From contig CAWAOX010000015.1 in assembly GCA_963783835.1 (NCBI GenBank), forward strand, positions 324,667 to 388,666: 64,000 nt of DNA, written 5' to 3'. Shown here one piece after another: positions 20,914-30,672 of the stretch (position 1 is the first letter of the stretch; the number at the start of each line of letters is the position of its first letter). The notes beneath the pieces were generated by a model. It was not told the DNA's origin. It worked only from the letters and a program-made list of their open reading frames with translations, and ran no database searches. The stretch comes from an uncultured Actinomycetota bacterium. GTDB taxonomy: Bacteria > Actinomycetota > Thermoleophilia > RBG-16-64-13. A program made the translations under genes and the position numbers.

Positions 20914-21198
20914 ATGCCGTACGTACTGATCCAACACAATGTGGCGAACTACGACAGGTTCGAGGTGATCTACAACGACGATGAGGCCCGGAGACAGCGG
21001 AGCGGCTCGAAGGGCGGCAAGCTCTATCGGAACTCCGTCGACCCGAACAACATCATCGCGCTCTTCGAGTGGGATACGGTCGAGCACGCGCACGCTTTTG
21101 CGAATTCGTACGAGTTGAAAGAAGCCGTCGAGTGGGCGGGAGACGCGACACCGCCTCGAGCCATCGTCATGGAGGAGTTTCTGGTTACGAACGCCTAG
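20914..21198 (+). CDS. small hypothetical protein (possibly ABM/Dabb-like alpha+beta barrel)
   Basis: 94 aa ORF with an aggaaaggagagg RBS immediately upstream. The fold guess is weak. Confidence 0.5.
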   Translation: MPYVLIQHNVANYDRFEVIYNDDEARRQRSGSKGGKLYRNSVDPNNIIALFEWDTVEHAHAFANSYELKEAVEWAGDATPPRAIVMEEFLVTNA

Positions 21199-21226
21199 AG
21201 CAGATACGAGAAGGGGAGGTCTACGA

Positions 21227-21505
21227 ATGAGCGGCACGGGTCGCTTCACGCTCGACGAAGCCAGGATGGTCGGCGATAGTCTGGGCGTCGGCTGGGAGAG
21301 CTTCGACGTCGATCAGTTCCACAAGGGTATGGAGGTGGAGCTCGAGCACGGGGCCCGCGATCCGGAGACCAACGTGACCGGCGACGACATGCTCCTGACA
21401 GGCAAGATCGCCTACGCGCACCTCAAGGAGTTTCCAGACTACTACGACAGGCTGGAGCTCATGGAAGTAGAAGCCGAAGCCTACTGGGACGCCCAGAAGG
21501 CCTGA
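21227..21505 (+). CDS. small hypothetical protein
   Basis: 92 aa ORF with a gaagggga RBS upstream, in tandem with the preceding small ORF. No recognisable motif. Confidence 0.45.
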   Translation: MSGTGRFTLDEARMVGDSLGVGWESFDVDQFHKGMEVELEHGARDPETNVTGDDMLLTGKIAYAHLKEFPDYYDRLELMEVEAEAYWDAQKA

Positions 21506-21516
21506 CAGGAGCCGGG

Positions 21517-22467
21517 ATGATCATAACGACCAAAGAGTTGTTCAAGATCGCGTACGGAAGGTTCGCGGTAGGTGCGTACAACATCAACAACATGGAGCAG
21601 ACCCTCGGCCTGTTTCGGGGAAACATCGATTCCCGAGCTCCCTTCATCATCCAGATCTCCAAGGGCGCCCGTTCGTACGCCGACAAACGGATGCTCGAGG
21701 CCATGATCAAGGCCGCCGACGAGATCTTCCCCGAGGCGATCTTCGCGGTGCACCTGGACCACGGTGACCTGCCGACCGCGCTCGATTGCATCGAAAGCGG
21801 CTTCTACTCCTCGGTAATGATCGATGCCTCCGGTGAGCCGCTGGAAGAGAACATCCGCATCACCCGCCAGGTGGTGGAGGCCGCGCATGCCCGGGGGATC
21901 TCGGTGGAAGCAGAACTGGGCCGGCTCGGCGGGGTGGAGGAGCACGTGCAGGTGGACGAGAAGAACGCCCACCTCACCGACCCGGCTGAGGCGGAGATAT
22001 TTGTGCGGGAATCGGGCTGCGACAGTCTTGCCGTCGCCATCGGGACGAGCCACGGCGCTTACAAGTTCGCGGGCCATCAAGGGCTGCATCTGGACGTCGC
22101 GGCCGAGATTCAGAAGCGCCTCCCCGGCTTTCCCCTGGTGATGCACGGATCGTCATCCGTTCCTCAGGAGGAAGTGGCGCGCATCAACGCGGCCGGAGGC
22201 GCCCTCAAGGGAGCCAAGGGGGTCGACGAGAACGAGTTCGCTCGGGCCGTGCCGCTTGGGGTGACCAAGGTGAATATCGACACCGACGGTCGGCTGGTGT
22301 GGACGCGCGTGCATCGGGAGTTCTTCCGGGATCAGCCGGAGAAGTTCGATCTGCGCGACCCGGGCAAGATTTTCATTGCCGAGTATGCCGCGTTCATCGC
22401 TCACAAGAACGAGAAGCTGCAGTCCGCCGGCACGCTGGACGTGGTGCGGGCGGCCGTGGCGGGGTAG
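21517..22467 (+). CDS. fba: class II fructose-bisphosphate aldolase
   Basis: 316 aa. YAVGAYNINNMEQ, IIQISKGARSYAD and AVHLDHGD are class II FBA signatures. Confidence 0.9.
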   Translation: MIITTKELFKIAYGRFAVGAYNINNMEQTLGLFRGNIDSRAPFIIQISKGARSYADKRMLEAMIKAADEIFPEAIFAVHLDHGDLPTALDCIESGFYSSVMIDASGEPLEENIRITRQVVEAAHARGISVEAELGRLGGVEEHVQVDEKNAHLTDPAEAEIFVRESGCDSLAVAIGTSHGAYKFAGHQGLHLDVAAEIQKRLPGFPLVMHGSSSVPQEEVARINAAGGALKGAKGVDENEFARAVPLGVTKVNIDTDGRLVWTRVHREFFRDQPEKFDLRDPGKIFIAEYAAFIAHKNEKLQSAGTLDVVRAAVAG

Positions 22468-22556
22468 GCTACGGCCCCTGAGGGACTGTGGTGTCGCCGA
22501 CGGAGGCGCGATAAAGTGATACTGCTAGCTACGGAGATCCCCAAGCGGAAGGCGAG

Positions 22557-24434
22557 TTGCCCTTGAACTCACTGAGTGGCCACGGTTTCGCCGATAGCCT
22601 GCGGGCAGGAGCCTACGCCGTTGTCAAAGGTCAGGCGACCCTCGACAGGATCAACGTTTTCCCGGTGGCCGATGCCGACACCGGAGCGAATCTCGCGGCG
22701 ACGCTGACCGCCGCGGCGGCCGGCTTGGGCCGGACGCCGCCCGCGGGAATCGGCATGGCCGCCCGCATGGCCGCCGACGCCGCCCTGATCGGCGCTCGGG
22801 GGAACTCGGGGGCGATCTTCGCCCAGTTCCTGCACGGCTTGGCGGAGGGGCTTCACTTGAAGCGCGCCGTCGTCGCCGGTGAGTTCGCCCAAGCCGCCGC
22901 CGGAGGCGTGGAATCGGCCTACCTCGCGGTGCAGCATCCACGCGAGGGTACGATCCTCTCGGTACTCAAGGCGTGGGCGACGCAACTGGCAGCCGACGCC
23001 GAGCGCGCGCCGGATTTTCGCGACCTCATGGCCCAAGCGCTCGAGGCGGCCCGGGTGGCTCTGGCGGCGACTCCTCTGCAGCTGCAGGTGCTTGCGCGCA
23101 ACCGGGTGGTTGACGCCGGGGGGCAGGGGTTCGTCTACTTCCTGGAGGGCATGCTCGACCCCATCCGTGGCCACCGGGCGCAGGAAGCGGCTGTCCTGCA
23201 GTCGTTGACATTCCCCGCGGCTTACGAGGAATTGGCAGGGATCTCGGGCCCCCGCGGAGGCGGCTTCGTGGCGAGCGGGGCGGGGCGCATGACCGGCGCC
23301 CGCAGCGCCGAGGTCGACGAGCGGTTCCGCTACTGCGCTGAAGCGCTGCTGAGCGGCGAGAGGCTGGACCGGGACCGCATCGAACACGCGATCGGCCACC
23401 TTGGCGAGTCGTTGGTGTTGGCGGGAGGGGCCGCGCACATGCGCATCCATCTGCACACCAACGAACCGGCTGCGTTCCGCGGCGCTCTAGAGGCGGTGGC
23501 CACTGTAGAGAGCTTCAAGGTCGACGACATGGTGGCGCAGCAAGCCGCCGCGAAGGATGCCACGATCGCTCTGGTCACCGATTCCACGGTCGACCTCCCC
23601 GAGGCAGCCCAGATCCGGTCAGGGATCGTGATGGTGCCGCTGACTGTGACGATAGGGGGCAGGACCTATCTCGATCGGGTGGAGCTTAGTTCACCGGACT
23701 TCTACCGGCTGGTCAGAGACGCGGAGGAACTCCCGCGGACCTCCCAGCCCAACCGCGCCGATTTTCGCCGGGTCTACGAGGCCCTCCTCGAGAGCCACGA
23801 AAGCATCGTGTCGATCCATCTCTCCCCGCGGATGTCGGGGACCTATCAGTCGGCCGTCGGCGCAGCCGCCGACATAGACCCCTCGCGGATCAGAGTGGTC
23901 GACGCCCGACACCTCTCGGTAGGGCTCGGTCTGGTGATCGAGGCGGCGGGGGAGGCGATCCAGAGCGGGGCCTCGCTCGAGGAGGTGGTGGCGACCGCCG
24001 AATCGGCGGCCCGCAACACCCGGGTATACGGGGCGACGCCCTCGCTCGATTTCGCGGTCAAAGGCGGAAGGGTCAATTCCAAGGTCGCCTACATGGCGGG
24101 TTTGATCAAGCTCAAGCCCGTCATCCTATTCGACGAGAATGGGGCCGCTCATGCCGACGGTGGCCATCTGGGCTACAACCGGACGATCAGGGGGGTGGCC
24201 CGCCGGGCGGCCGACTTCGCGGCCGGGGAAGAGGTCCGGATCGCCGTCGCCCACGCCGACTCTCCGGCCGCGGTGTCCTATCTCCTCCAGCAACTGCGCA
24301 AGCGGTTCGGCCCCGATCAGGAGATCCCGATGATGGAATGCGGCGCCGTCCTCTCCACCCATACCGGGCTGGGGGCGATAGCGGTGGCGGTGCGACGGCT
24401 GGGGCCGGAGCGGCCCGAAGGAGGCACGCGCTGA
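22557..24434 (+). CDS. DAK2-domain fusion protein (YloV/FakA-like) with a C-terminal DegV/EDD-fold-like domain
   Basis: TTG start after a ggaagg RBS. N-terminal Dak2/DhaL motif INVFPVADADTGANL. The C-terminal third begins IALVTDSTVDLPEAA...IVMVPLTVTIGGRTYLD, resembling the DegV-family N-terminus. 625 aa. Confidence 0.75.
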   Translation: MPLNSLSGHGFADSLRAGAYAVVKGQATLDRINVFPVADADTGANLAATLTAAAAGLGRTPPAGIGMAARMAADAALIGARGNSGAIFAQFLHGLAEGLHLKRAVVAGEFAQAAAGGVESAYLAVQHPREGTILSVLKAWATQLAADAERAPDFRDLMAQALEAARVALAATPLQLQVLARNRVVDAGGQGFVYFLEGMLDPIRGHRAQEAAVLQSLTFPAAYEELAGISGPRGGGFVASGAGRMTGARSAEVDERFRYCAEALLSGERLDRDRIEHAIGHLGESLVLAGGAAHMRIHLHTNEPAAFRGALEAVATVESFKVDDMVAQQAAAKDATIALVTDSTVDLPEAAQIRSGIVMVPLTVTIGGRTYLDRVELSSPDFYRLVRDAEELPRTSQPNRADFRRVYEALLESHESIVSIHLSPRMSGTYQSAVGAAADIDPSRIRVVDARHLSVGLGLVIEAAGEAIQSGASLEEVVATAESAARNTRVYGATPSLDFAVKGGRVNSKVAYMAGLIKLKPVILFDENGAAHADGGHLGYNRTIRGVARRAADFAAGEEVRIAVAHADSPAAVSYLLQQLRKRFGPDQEIPMMECGAVLSTHTGLGAIAVAVRRLGPERPEGGTR

Positions 24435-24600
24435 GTGTACCCGGGGAGGTAACAGGCAGCGCGCGAGGATACATGGTATTTTTTCTCACTGGCAGACTGC
24501 GCGGGAGGTGGCGACGAACCATCGGTCGCACAGGGAGGCCGGTCGCGAGACTAGATCTGGTCCGCGCCGGCCTTATGTGTCTGAGGACTTGACGAGAACT

Positions 24601-24614
24601 CGCCACCGGTGGCG
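24601..24614. promoter_or_regulatory. perfect 14-bp palindrome CGCCACCGGTGGCG upstream of the pckG RBS (candidate operator)
   Basis: Read directly from the sequence. It lies about 6 nt upstream of the GGAAGGAGAAGG Shine-Dalgarno and 19 nt upstream of ATG 24633. A TTGACG -35-like hexamer lies at 24589-24594. Confidence 0.3.
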
Positions 24615-24632
24615 GCGAGGGAAGGAGAAGGC

Positions 24633-26444
24633 ATGGCGGCTGCGCTTGACGCGCTCACCCAGCACGGGGAGTTACTTGCTTGGCTCAGGGATGTGGTAGA
24701 ACTCTGCCAGCCGGAAAACGTATACACGTGCGACGGCTCCGAAGAGGAATACCGATACATGTGCGACCTCCTGGTCAAGCAGGGGACGTTCACGCCCCTG
24801 GACGAAACGCTCAGGCCCAACAGTTACCTGGCTCGTTCTCACCCGAGCGATGTGGCCCGGGTGGAGGACCGCACCTTCATCAGCACCACGGACATGGCCG
24901 AGGCCGGTCCGACGAACAACTGGGTGCCCGCTCGCGAAATGAAGCTCAAGATGGCGCGTATCTTCCAGGGGTGCATGGAAGGGCGGACCATGTACATCAT
25001 CCCGTTCTCCATGGGGCCCGTCGGCTCGCCGTTCTCCAAGATCGGCATCGAGGTCACCGACTCCCCCTATGTGGTCGCCAACATGTCCATCATGACCCGG
25101 GTGGGCCTCCCGGTCCTCGAAGCGCTGGGCACCTGCGGCGAGTTCATCCCGTGCCTGCATTCGGTGGGGGCGCCGCTTGCCCCGTTCCAGGGAGACGTGC
25201 CCTGGCCCTGCGAACGGGACCCCAAGCACAAATACATCGTCCACTTCCCCGAAGACCCCTCAATCTGGTCCTACGGGTCGGGCTATGGGGGCAACGCTCT
25301 TCTGGGTAAGAAATGCCTGGCTCTGCGCATCGCCTCGTCGATGGCGCGCAAGGAGGGGTGGCTGGCCGAGCACATGCTGATCCTCGGGCTCACTTCGCCC
25401 GAGGGCAAGACCCACTACATCGCCGGGGCCTTCCCCAGCGCCTGCGGCAAGACCAATCTGGCCATGATGAAGCCGACCATTCCCGGCTGGACGGTCACCT
25501 GCGTCGGTGACGACATCGCCTGGATGCGGCTCGGCGAAGACGGCCGCCTGTATGCCATGAACCCCGAGACCGGATTCTTCGGCGTGGCTCCCGGGACGTC
25601 ACACCAGTCAAACCCCAACGCGATGGACAGCGTCACCGAAAACAGCATCTTCACCAACACCGGTCTCACCGACGACGGCGACGTGTGGTGGGAAGACATG
25701 GGGGTCGACGCTCCGCCGCACCTCATCGACTGGGAGGGCAACGACTGGACGCCCGACTCGGGCCGCAAGGCCGCTCATGCCAACTCCCGCTTCACCGCCC
25801 CGGCGCGGCAGTGCCCGGTCATCGACCCCAAATGGCAAGACCCGGGCGGTGTCCCCATCTCGGCCTTCCTGTTCGGCGGCCGGCGGGCCGGCACCATCCC
25901 GCTCGTCAACCAGGCCTTCGACTGGGAGCACGGCGTGTTCATGGGATCGGCGGCCGGCTCGGAGACCACGGCCGCCAACCTCAGCAAGACCGGTGTGCTC
26001 CGGCACGACCCGTTCGCCATGCTGCCGTTCTGCGGCTACAACATGGGCGACTATTTCGCTCACTGGCTCTCGTTCGCCCAACGGACCGACCCGGCGAGAC
26101 TGCCGAAAGTCTTCTTCGTCAACTGGTTCCGCAAGAATGACGAAGGGCGCTTCCTATGGCCCGGGTACGGCGAGAACAGCCGCGTCCTCAAGTGGATCTT
26201 CGAGAGGGTCGAAGGGGGCGGCGAAGCGGTGGAGACGCCCATCGGCTACCTTCCCACCGCGGAGGCGCTCGACCTCTCCGGCCTGGACATCCCGGCTGAG
26301 AGCATGGAGGCGCTGCTTGCCGTCGACCGGGAAGGCTGGAGGCGAGAAGCCGAGGGCCTGTCGAAGTACTACGATGAATTTGGAGGCAGGCTACCGGCCG
26401 AACTCCGCACGCAGCTGGCCGCCCTCAAAGAACGTCTTGGCTAA
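24633..26444 (+). CDS. pckG: phosphoenolpyruvate carboxykinase (GTP)
   Basis: 603 aa from ATG 24633, which is preceded by the strong RBS ggaaggagaagg. The track ORF starts at an upstream GTG. Strong family similarity throughout ([45 protein letters not shown] kinase-1a motif). Confidence 0.93.
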   Translation: MAAALDALTQHGELLAWLRDVVELCQPENVYTCDGSEEEYRYMCDLLVKQGTFTPLDETLRPNSYLARSHPSDVARVEDRTFISTTDMAEAGPTNNWVPAREMKLKMARIFQGCMEGRTMYIIPFSMGPVGSPFSKIGIEVTDSPYVVANMSIMTRVGLPVLEALGTCGEFIPCLHSVGAPLAPFQGDVPWPCERDPKHKYIVHFPEDPSIWSYGSGYGGNALLGKKCLALRIASSMARKEGWLAEHMLILGLTSPEGKTHYIAGAFPSACGKTNLAMMKPTIPGWTVTCVGDDIAWMRLGEDGRLYAMNPETGFFGVAPGTSHQSNPNAMDSVTENSIFTNTGLTDDGDVWWEDMGVDAPPHLIDWEGNDWTPDSGRKAAHANSRFTAPARQCPVIDPKWQDPGGVPISAFLFGGRRAGTIPLVNQAFDWEHGVFMGSAAGSETTAANLSKTGVLRHDPFAMLPFCGYNMGDYFAHWLSFAQRTDPARLPKVFFVNWFRKNDEGRFLWPGYGENSRVLKWIFERVEGGGEAVETPIGYLPTAEALDLSGLDIPAESMEALLAVDREGWRREAEGLSKYYDEFGGRLPAELRTQLAALKERLG

Positions 26445-26453
26445 AGGTACGAC

Positions 26454-27755
26454 ATGAACCCCTTGGCGGCTGAACTCAATCGGACGATCGAGCAGGAAGC
26501 GCCGGCCGTCATGCGGATGCTCTCCGCGCTCGGCCGCGAGTTGTACTTCCCCAAGGGCATCCTCACGCAGACGGCGGAGGCGAACCAGAAGGCGCACCGC
26601 TACAACGCCACTATCGGTGAGGCCCGCGAGGCCAAGCGCTCTATGGGACTTGAGTCCATCATGCGCCATTTTTCCGACCTGGGAGCCGACGCGGTGCTTC
26701 CGTACGCTCCCTCGGCCGGCCGTGCCGATATCCGGAAGGCCTGGCGCGAGGAGATCAAGCAGAAGAACGCGTCGTTGGGCGACATCCCCATCAGCCTGCC
26801 TGTCGTCACCAGCGGCATCACCCACGGGCTGAGCACGGTCGCCGACATGTTTGTCGACGAAGGAGACCTTCTCCTTCTGCCGGACAAGCTGTGGGGCAAC
26901 TATCTGCTGATCTTTGCCGTCAAGCGAGGAGCCGCGACGGGCCGCTATCCTCTGCTCGACCTGGCAAAAGGCTTCGACGTCGAAGGCTTCCGCCGGACTA
27001 TCGCCGAAAACGCGGGCCGGAACAAGCTCGTCGTGCTCTTCAACTTCCCGAACAACCCGACCGGTTATTCCATCACCCCGGCCGAGGCCGACGCCATCCG
27101 GGGCATTCTGGTCGAGACGGCTGAAGGCGGATGCGACGTCGTCGCTATCTGCGACGACGCCTACTTCGGCCTCTTCTTCGACGACGAGGTCATGAAGGAG
27201 TCTCTCTTCACCCGGTTGGCCGACGCGCACCCGCGGCTGCTGGCCATCAAGCTCGACGGGGCCTCCAAAGAGGACTTCGCCTGGGGGTTGCGCCTGGCCT
27301 TCATGACCTACGGCATCGCGGGGGGGCAAGGCGCCTACGAGGCAATCGAGAAGAAGACCGGCGGCTGCATCCGCGGTACCATCTCCAACTCCCCGAACGT
27401 GTCTCAGGAGTTGTTGATGAGGGCTATGAACGACCCCGAGTACAACGCACAGAAGGCCGAGAAGTTCGCGGTGCTTCAGCAGCGGGCGGCCACCGCCAGG
27501 AAGGTGCTGGCCGATCCCAAGTTCGCCCAGGCCTGGACGCCGTACCCCTTCAACTCGGGCTATTTCATGTGTCTCAGGATGCACGACCTCGACGCCGAGG
27601 CATACCGGGTGCGGCTACTGAATGAACACGGGGTGGGAGTGATATCGACGAGCGATACCGATATCCGCGTAGCCCACTCCTGCGTCGACGAACCCGATAT
27701 CGCCGACCTGTACGACGTTATGCTCGAATGCGCGCTGGAGATGCGGAAAGGCTGA
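26454..27755 (+). CDS. class I/II PLP-dependent aminotransferase (aspartate aminotransferase-like)
   Basis: 433 aa. FNFPNNPTGY and SKEDFAWGLRLAF (the SK..G.R.G PLP-Lys region). Confidence 0.8.
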   Translation: MNPLAAELNRTIEQEAPAVMRMLSALGRELYFPKGILTQTAEANQKAHRYNATIGEAREAKRSMGLESIMRHFSDLGADAVLPYAPSAGRADIRKAWREEIKQKNASLGDIPISLPVVTSGITHGLSTVADMFVDEGDLLLLPDKLWGNYLLIFAVKRGAATGRYPLLDLAKGFDVEGFRRTIAENAGRNKLVVLFNFPNNPTGYSITPAEADAIRGILVETAEGGCDVVAICDDAYFGLFFDDEVMKESLFTRLADAHPRLLAIKLDGASKEDFAWGLRLAFMTYGIAGGQGAYEAIEKKTGGCIRGTISNSPNVSQELLMRAMNDPEYNAQKAEKFAVLQQRAATARKVLADPKFAQAWTPYPFNSGYFMCLRMHDLDAEAYRVRLLNEHGVGVISTSDTDIRVAHSCVDEPDIADLYDVMLECALEMRKG

Positions 27756-27772
27756 CGCCGGCTCCGTAAGAG

Positions 27773-29110
27773 TCAGAGTTCTCTTGGCTCCGTCTTCGGC
27801 TCGGCCTCGGTTTCGATCGAGGCGAAGTGCTCGGAGGCCGGGGCGGTGCCGAGCCCCCAGCGGGCAAAGAGGGGGACGCCGATGAGGGCGAGCACACCCA
27901 TGGCGGCTATCCCCGTTGCCGTAGCGCCGGTCCCGCTGGCCGCGGCGGCAAGCGGAGACAGCAAGGCCCCTACGCCCTGTGAGAGCCTCTGGACGGCGCC
28001 GAAGAGGCCGAAGGCGAGTGCTTGGTAGTCCGAGCGGAAGGTCAACGCATAGGCGCCCCTTACCGTTGACGTCAGAGCCCCGGAGAAGAGCCCGTGCAGG
28101 CCGGCGCACAGTACTACCAAGGGCAGCGCGGTCATCAGACTGAACACCAGGGCGTTGAGGCCCAGCAGCGTGAGGCCCACCAGGATTATGCGGCGTGCCA
28201 TCGCCCGGTCGGGCCGCATCTTGGCGACGACCAGGGCTCCCGCCGCCGACATCGGCACCACGACCGCGAAGACGCCCAACAACTCGAGGCCCTCGAAGCC
28301 GGTGACGTCCTTGATGTGGAGGGGCAGATACAGGGTCAGGCCCATGATGGCGGAGTTGAGGGCGAAGTACCCTGCGAGGAACCAACCTGCCCGGTACTCG
28401 CGCGACGATTCCCGCCACAGTTCGAGCATCCGCTGGTGAAGCCTACCTGGAGGCCTGCTCACCGGGTCTGTCTTCTTCTGCCACAGCGCGGGGGTATATA
28501 TACCGGGCAGGCAACAGACCATGAAGAAGAGCGCCGCGGGCAGCAGCGCGTAACCCCTACCGGTTACCCCCGGGATGAGGCGGCCGGACACGACCGACTC
28601 CATGATCGCCACTCCGATGGCGCCGCCCAGGAAGCTGAGCGCCATGCCGCGCGAGGAGACGCTTACCACGTTGTCGTCGCCGGCCGCGCTGAGCATCGAC
28701 GCGTTGTAGATGAGGCTGGTGAGTTGAAACGCGTAGTTGCCGAGCATGGCGACGACCAGGATCGTGAGAAGCGCGGGGAACCCGGTATGGGGGAGCAGGC
28801 TCAGGGAGCCAAGAAGGACGGTCGCTGCGATCATCGCGGCGGTGAACCAGAGACGGCGGGTGCGCTTCTCGTCGGCGCTCACGCCGATGTACGGACCGCT
28901 CAGTCCGATGGCCCAGGAGGACAGTGCGGTCGCCAGGCCGAATACCCAGGCCTGCACTCCCAGGTCGCTGACGACCCAAACGGTAAGGTAGAGCGGGATG
29001 GCGAACTCGATCGAGGTATTGCCGAAATCGTAGGAATACCAGGCCCAGCGCGTTCGACGGGGCGACATTTCCCGCTGCTCTGGGGCGGAATGTGGGTCGG
29101 CGGCAGGCAT
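27773..29110 (-). CDS. MFS-family transporter
   Basis: 445 aa on the minus strand with about 12 hydrophobic segments. It is the only minus-strand gene in the first 44 kb. The true start is possibly the internal Met (MSPRRTRWAWYSYDFG). Confidence 0.75.
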   Translation of the reverse strand: MPAADPHSAPEQREMSPRRTRWAWYSYDFGNTSIEFAIPLYLTVWVVSDLGVQAWVFGLATALSSWAIGLSGPYIGVSADEKRTRRLWFTAAMIAATVLLGSLSLLPHTGFPALLTILVVAMLGNYAFQLTSLIYNASMLSAAGDDNVVSVSSRGMALSFLGGAIGVAIMESVVSGRLIPGVTGRGYALLPAALFFMVCCLPGIYTPALWQKKTDPVSRPPGRLHQRMLELWRESSREYRAGWFLAGYFALNSAIMGLTLYLPLHIKDVTGFEGLELLGVFAVVVPMSAAGALVVAKMRPDRAMARRIILVGLTLLGLNALVFSLMTALPLVVLCAGLHGLFSGALTSTVRGAYALTFRSDYQALAFGLFGAVQRLSQGVGALLSPLAAAASGTGATATGIAAMGVLALIGVPLFARWGLGTAPASEHFASIETEAEPKTEPREL

Positions 29111-29162
29111 TGCCGGGCTAGTGTACTATGAGTGCTCCTCAAGGACGGGAAGGAGTCGGAGA

Positions 29163-29696
29163 ATGCAGGAACAGGCAGCCATGGGGGCGGAGCAAGCGGA
29201 CCCACCCCTGTTCCGGGAAGAGCAGCACTTCCGGATGTGGATGTTCTGGGTTCCTATCGCCATCGTCACCGTCGTCGTCTGGTGGCAGTTCATCGAGCAG
29301 ATCATCCGGGACAACCCACAGGGGAGCCAACCGATTCCCGACTGGGCTGCCTGGGTGCTGGCCATCGTGTTCGGCCTCGGATTCCCCGCCTTCGCCCTTG
29401 TTGTGAGGCTCAGGACAGAGGTGTACTCGGGCGAACTCGCCGTACGCGTGTTCCCGTTCCCTGACAGCCGCATAACACTGGCCGACGTGCGGGAGGCGGA
29501 GGTCCGCGACTACTCCGCCCAAAGAGAATTCGGGGGCTGGGGGGTACGCACCGGGCAGAGCGGCAAGGCCTACAGTGCGTACGGCACTCGGGGTGTCCAG
29601 TTGTGGCTCAAGGGTGACAAGCGCATCCTGATAGGTTCGCAGCGGGCCGAAGAACTGGTGGCCGCGCTGAAGGCCGCGGGCGTCAACGTGCGCTGA
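29163..29696 (+). CDS. hypothetical membrane protein (two TM helices plus a soluble domain)
   Basis: ATG 29163 is preceded by a ggaaggag RBS. The track ORF starts further upstream at 29121. Hydrophobic segments [16 protein letters not shown] and [21 protein letters not shown]. Confidence 0.55.
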   Translation: MQEQAAMGAEQADPPLFREEQHFRMWMFWVPIAIVTVVVWWQFIEQIIRDNPQGSQPIPDWAAWVLAIVFGLGFPAFALVVRLRTEVYSGELAVRVFPFPDSRITLADVREAEVRDYSAQREFGGWGVRTGQSGKAYSAYGTRGVQLWLKGDKRILIGSQRAEELVAALKAAGVNVR

Positions 29697-29718
29697 TCGA
29701 GCTCACGCGGGGGGTAGC

Positions 29719-30672
29719 ATGAGGATCGTGGTCGCGCTCGGAGGCAACGCTCTTCTCAAGCGGGGAGAGCCTCTCACCGCGCACAACCAGCGAGAGAACG
29801 TCAAGGTGGCGGCGCGCGCACTGGCGCCGCTGGCCCGCGACCACAGCCTGATCATCACGCACGGCAACGGGCCGCAGGTAGGCCTGCTCGCTCTCGAGGC
29901 GGCCGCCGTGACCGGCGTCGAGCCCTACACGCTGGACGTTCTGAGCGCCGAATCGGAGGGCATGATCGGCTACATGATCGAGCAGGAGCTGGGCAATACC
30001 CTTCCCGAGGACGTCCCGTTCGCCACGATTCTCACCCAAGTGGAGGTCGACCCTTGCGACCCGGCTTTCCAGAACCCCAGCAAGCCTATCGGGCCTCAAT
30101 ACAGCCGGGAGGAAGCCGAGAAACTCGCCCGCGAACACGGTTGGACCGTCGGACCCGACAATGGCAAGTATCGCCGGGTGGTGCCGTCGCCCCGGCCCCT
30201 GCGCATCTTTGAGCTCAGAGTGGTGGAATGGCTGGTGGAGCGCGGCGTGGTGGTGATCTGCACCGGCGGAGGCGGCATCCCCACCATGCTGACCGCCGAT
30301 GGAGTGCTCTTGGGGGTGGAGGCGGTCATCGACAAAGACCATGCCGGGGCCTTACTCGCCCGCTCGCTCAAAGCCGAGGTGTTCCTGATGCTCACCGACG
30401 CCGAGGCCGTATGGCAGGACTGGGGCACCGAAGACGCCCGCGCCATCAGGCAGGCGTCGCCCGACGCGCTCGAGAGCCTCCACTTCGCCGCAGGGTCAAT
30501 GGGCCCCAAGGTCGAAGCGGCGTGCGACTATGCCCGGGCGGCCGGGGGACGAGCGGGAATAGGCTCTTTGGAGGACGCGGTGGCTATCATCGAGGGCCGC
30601 GCGGGCACGCTCATCTCCACCGAGTTCCGCGGGATCGAGCACTGGCCCTCGCTGTTCAACCAGTCGGGGTAG
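29719..30672 (+). CDS. arcC: carbamate kinase
   Basis: 317 aa. [13 protein letters not shown]...[10 protein letters not shown] is the canonical carbamate kinase N-terminus. No arcA/arcB/arcD in the window. Confidence 0.9.
   Translation: MRIVVALGGNALLKRGEPLTAHNQRENVKVAARALAPLARDHSLIITHGNGPQVGLLALEAAAVTGVEPYTLDVLSAESEGMIGYMIEQELGNTLPEDVPFATILTQVEVDPCDPAFQNPSKPIGPQYSREEAEKLAREHGWTVGPDNGKYRRVVPSPRPLRIFELRVVEWLVERGVVVICTGGGGIPTMLTADGVLLGVEAVIDKDHAGALLARSLKAEVFLMLTDAEAVWQDWGTEDARAIRQASPDALESLHFAAGSMGPKVEAACDYARAAGGRAGIGSLEDAVAIIEGRAGTLISTEFRGIEHWPSLFNQSG

Noticed and set aside
22651-23211. Several short Arg/Pro-rich ORFs on both strands inside the Dak2 gene
   Set aside because: GC-rich alternate-frame artefacts with no homology signal. 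They are fully embedded in a well-supported gene.
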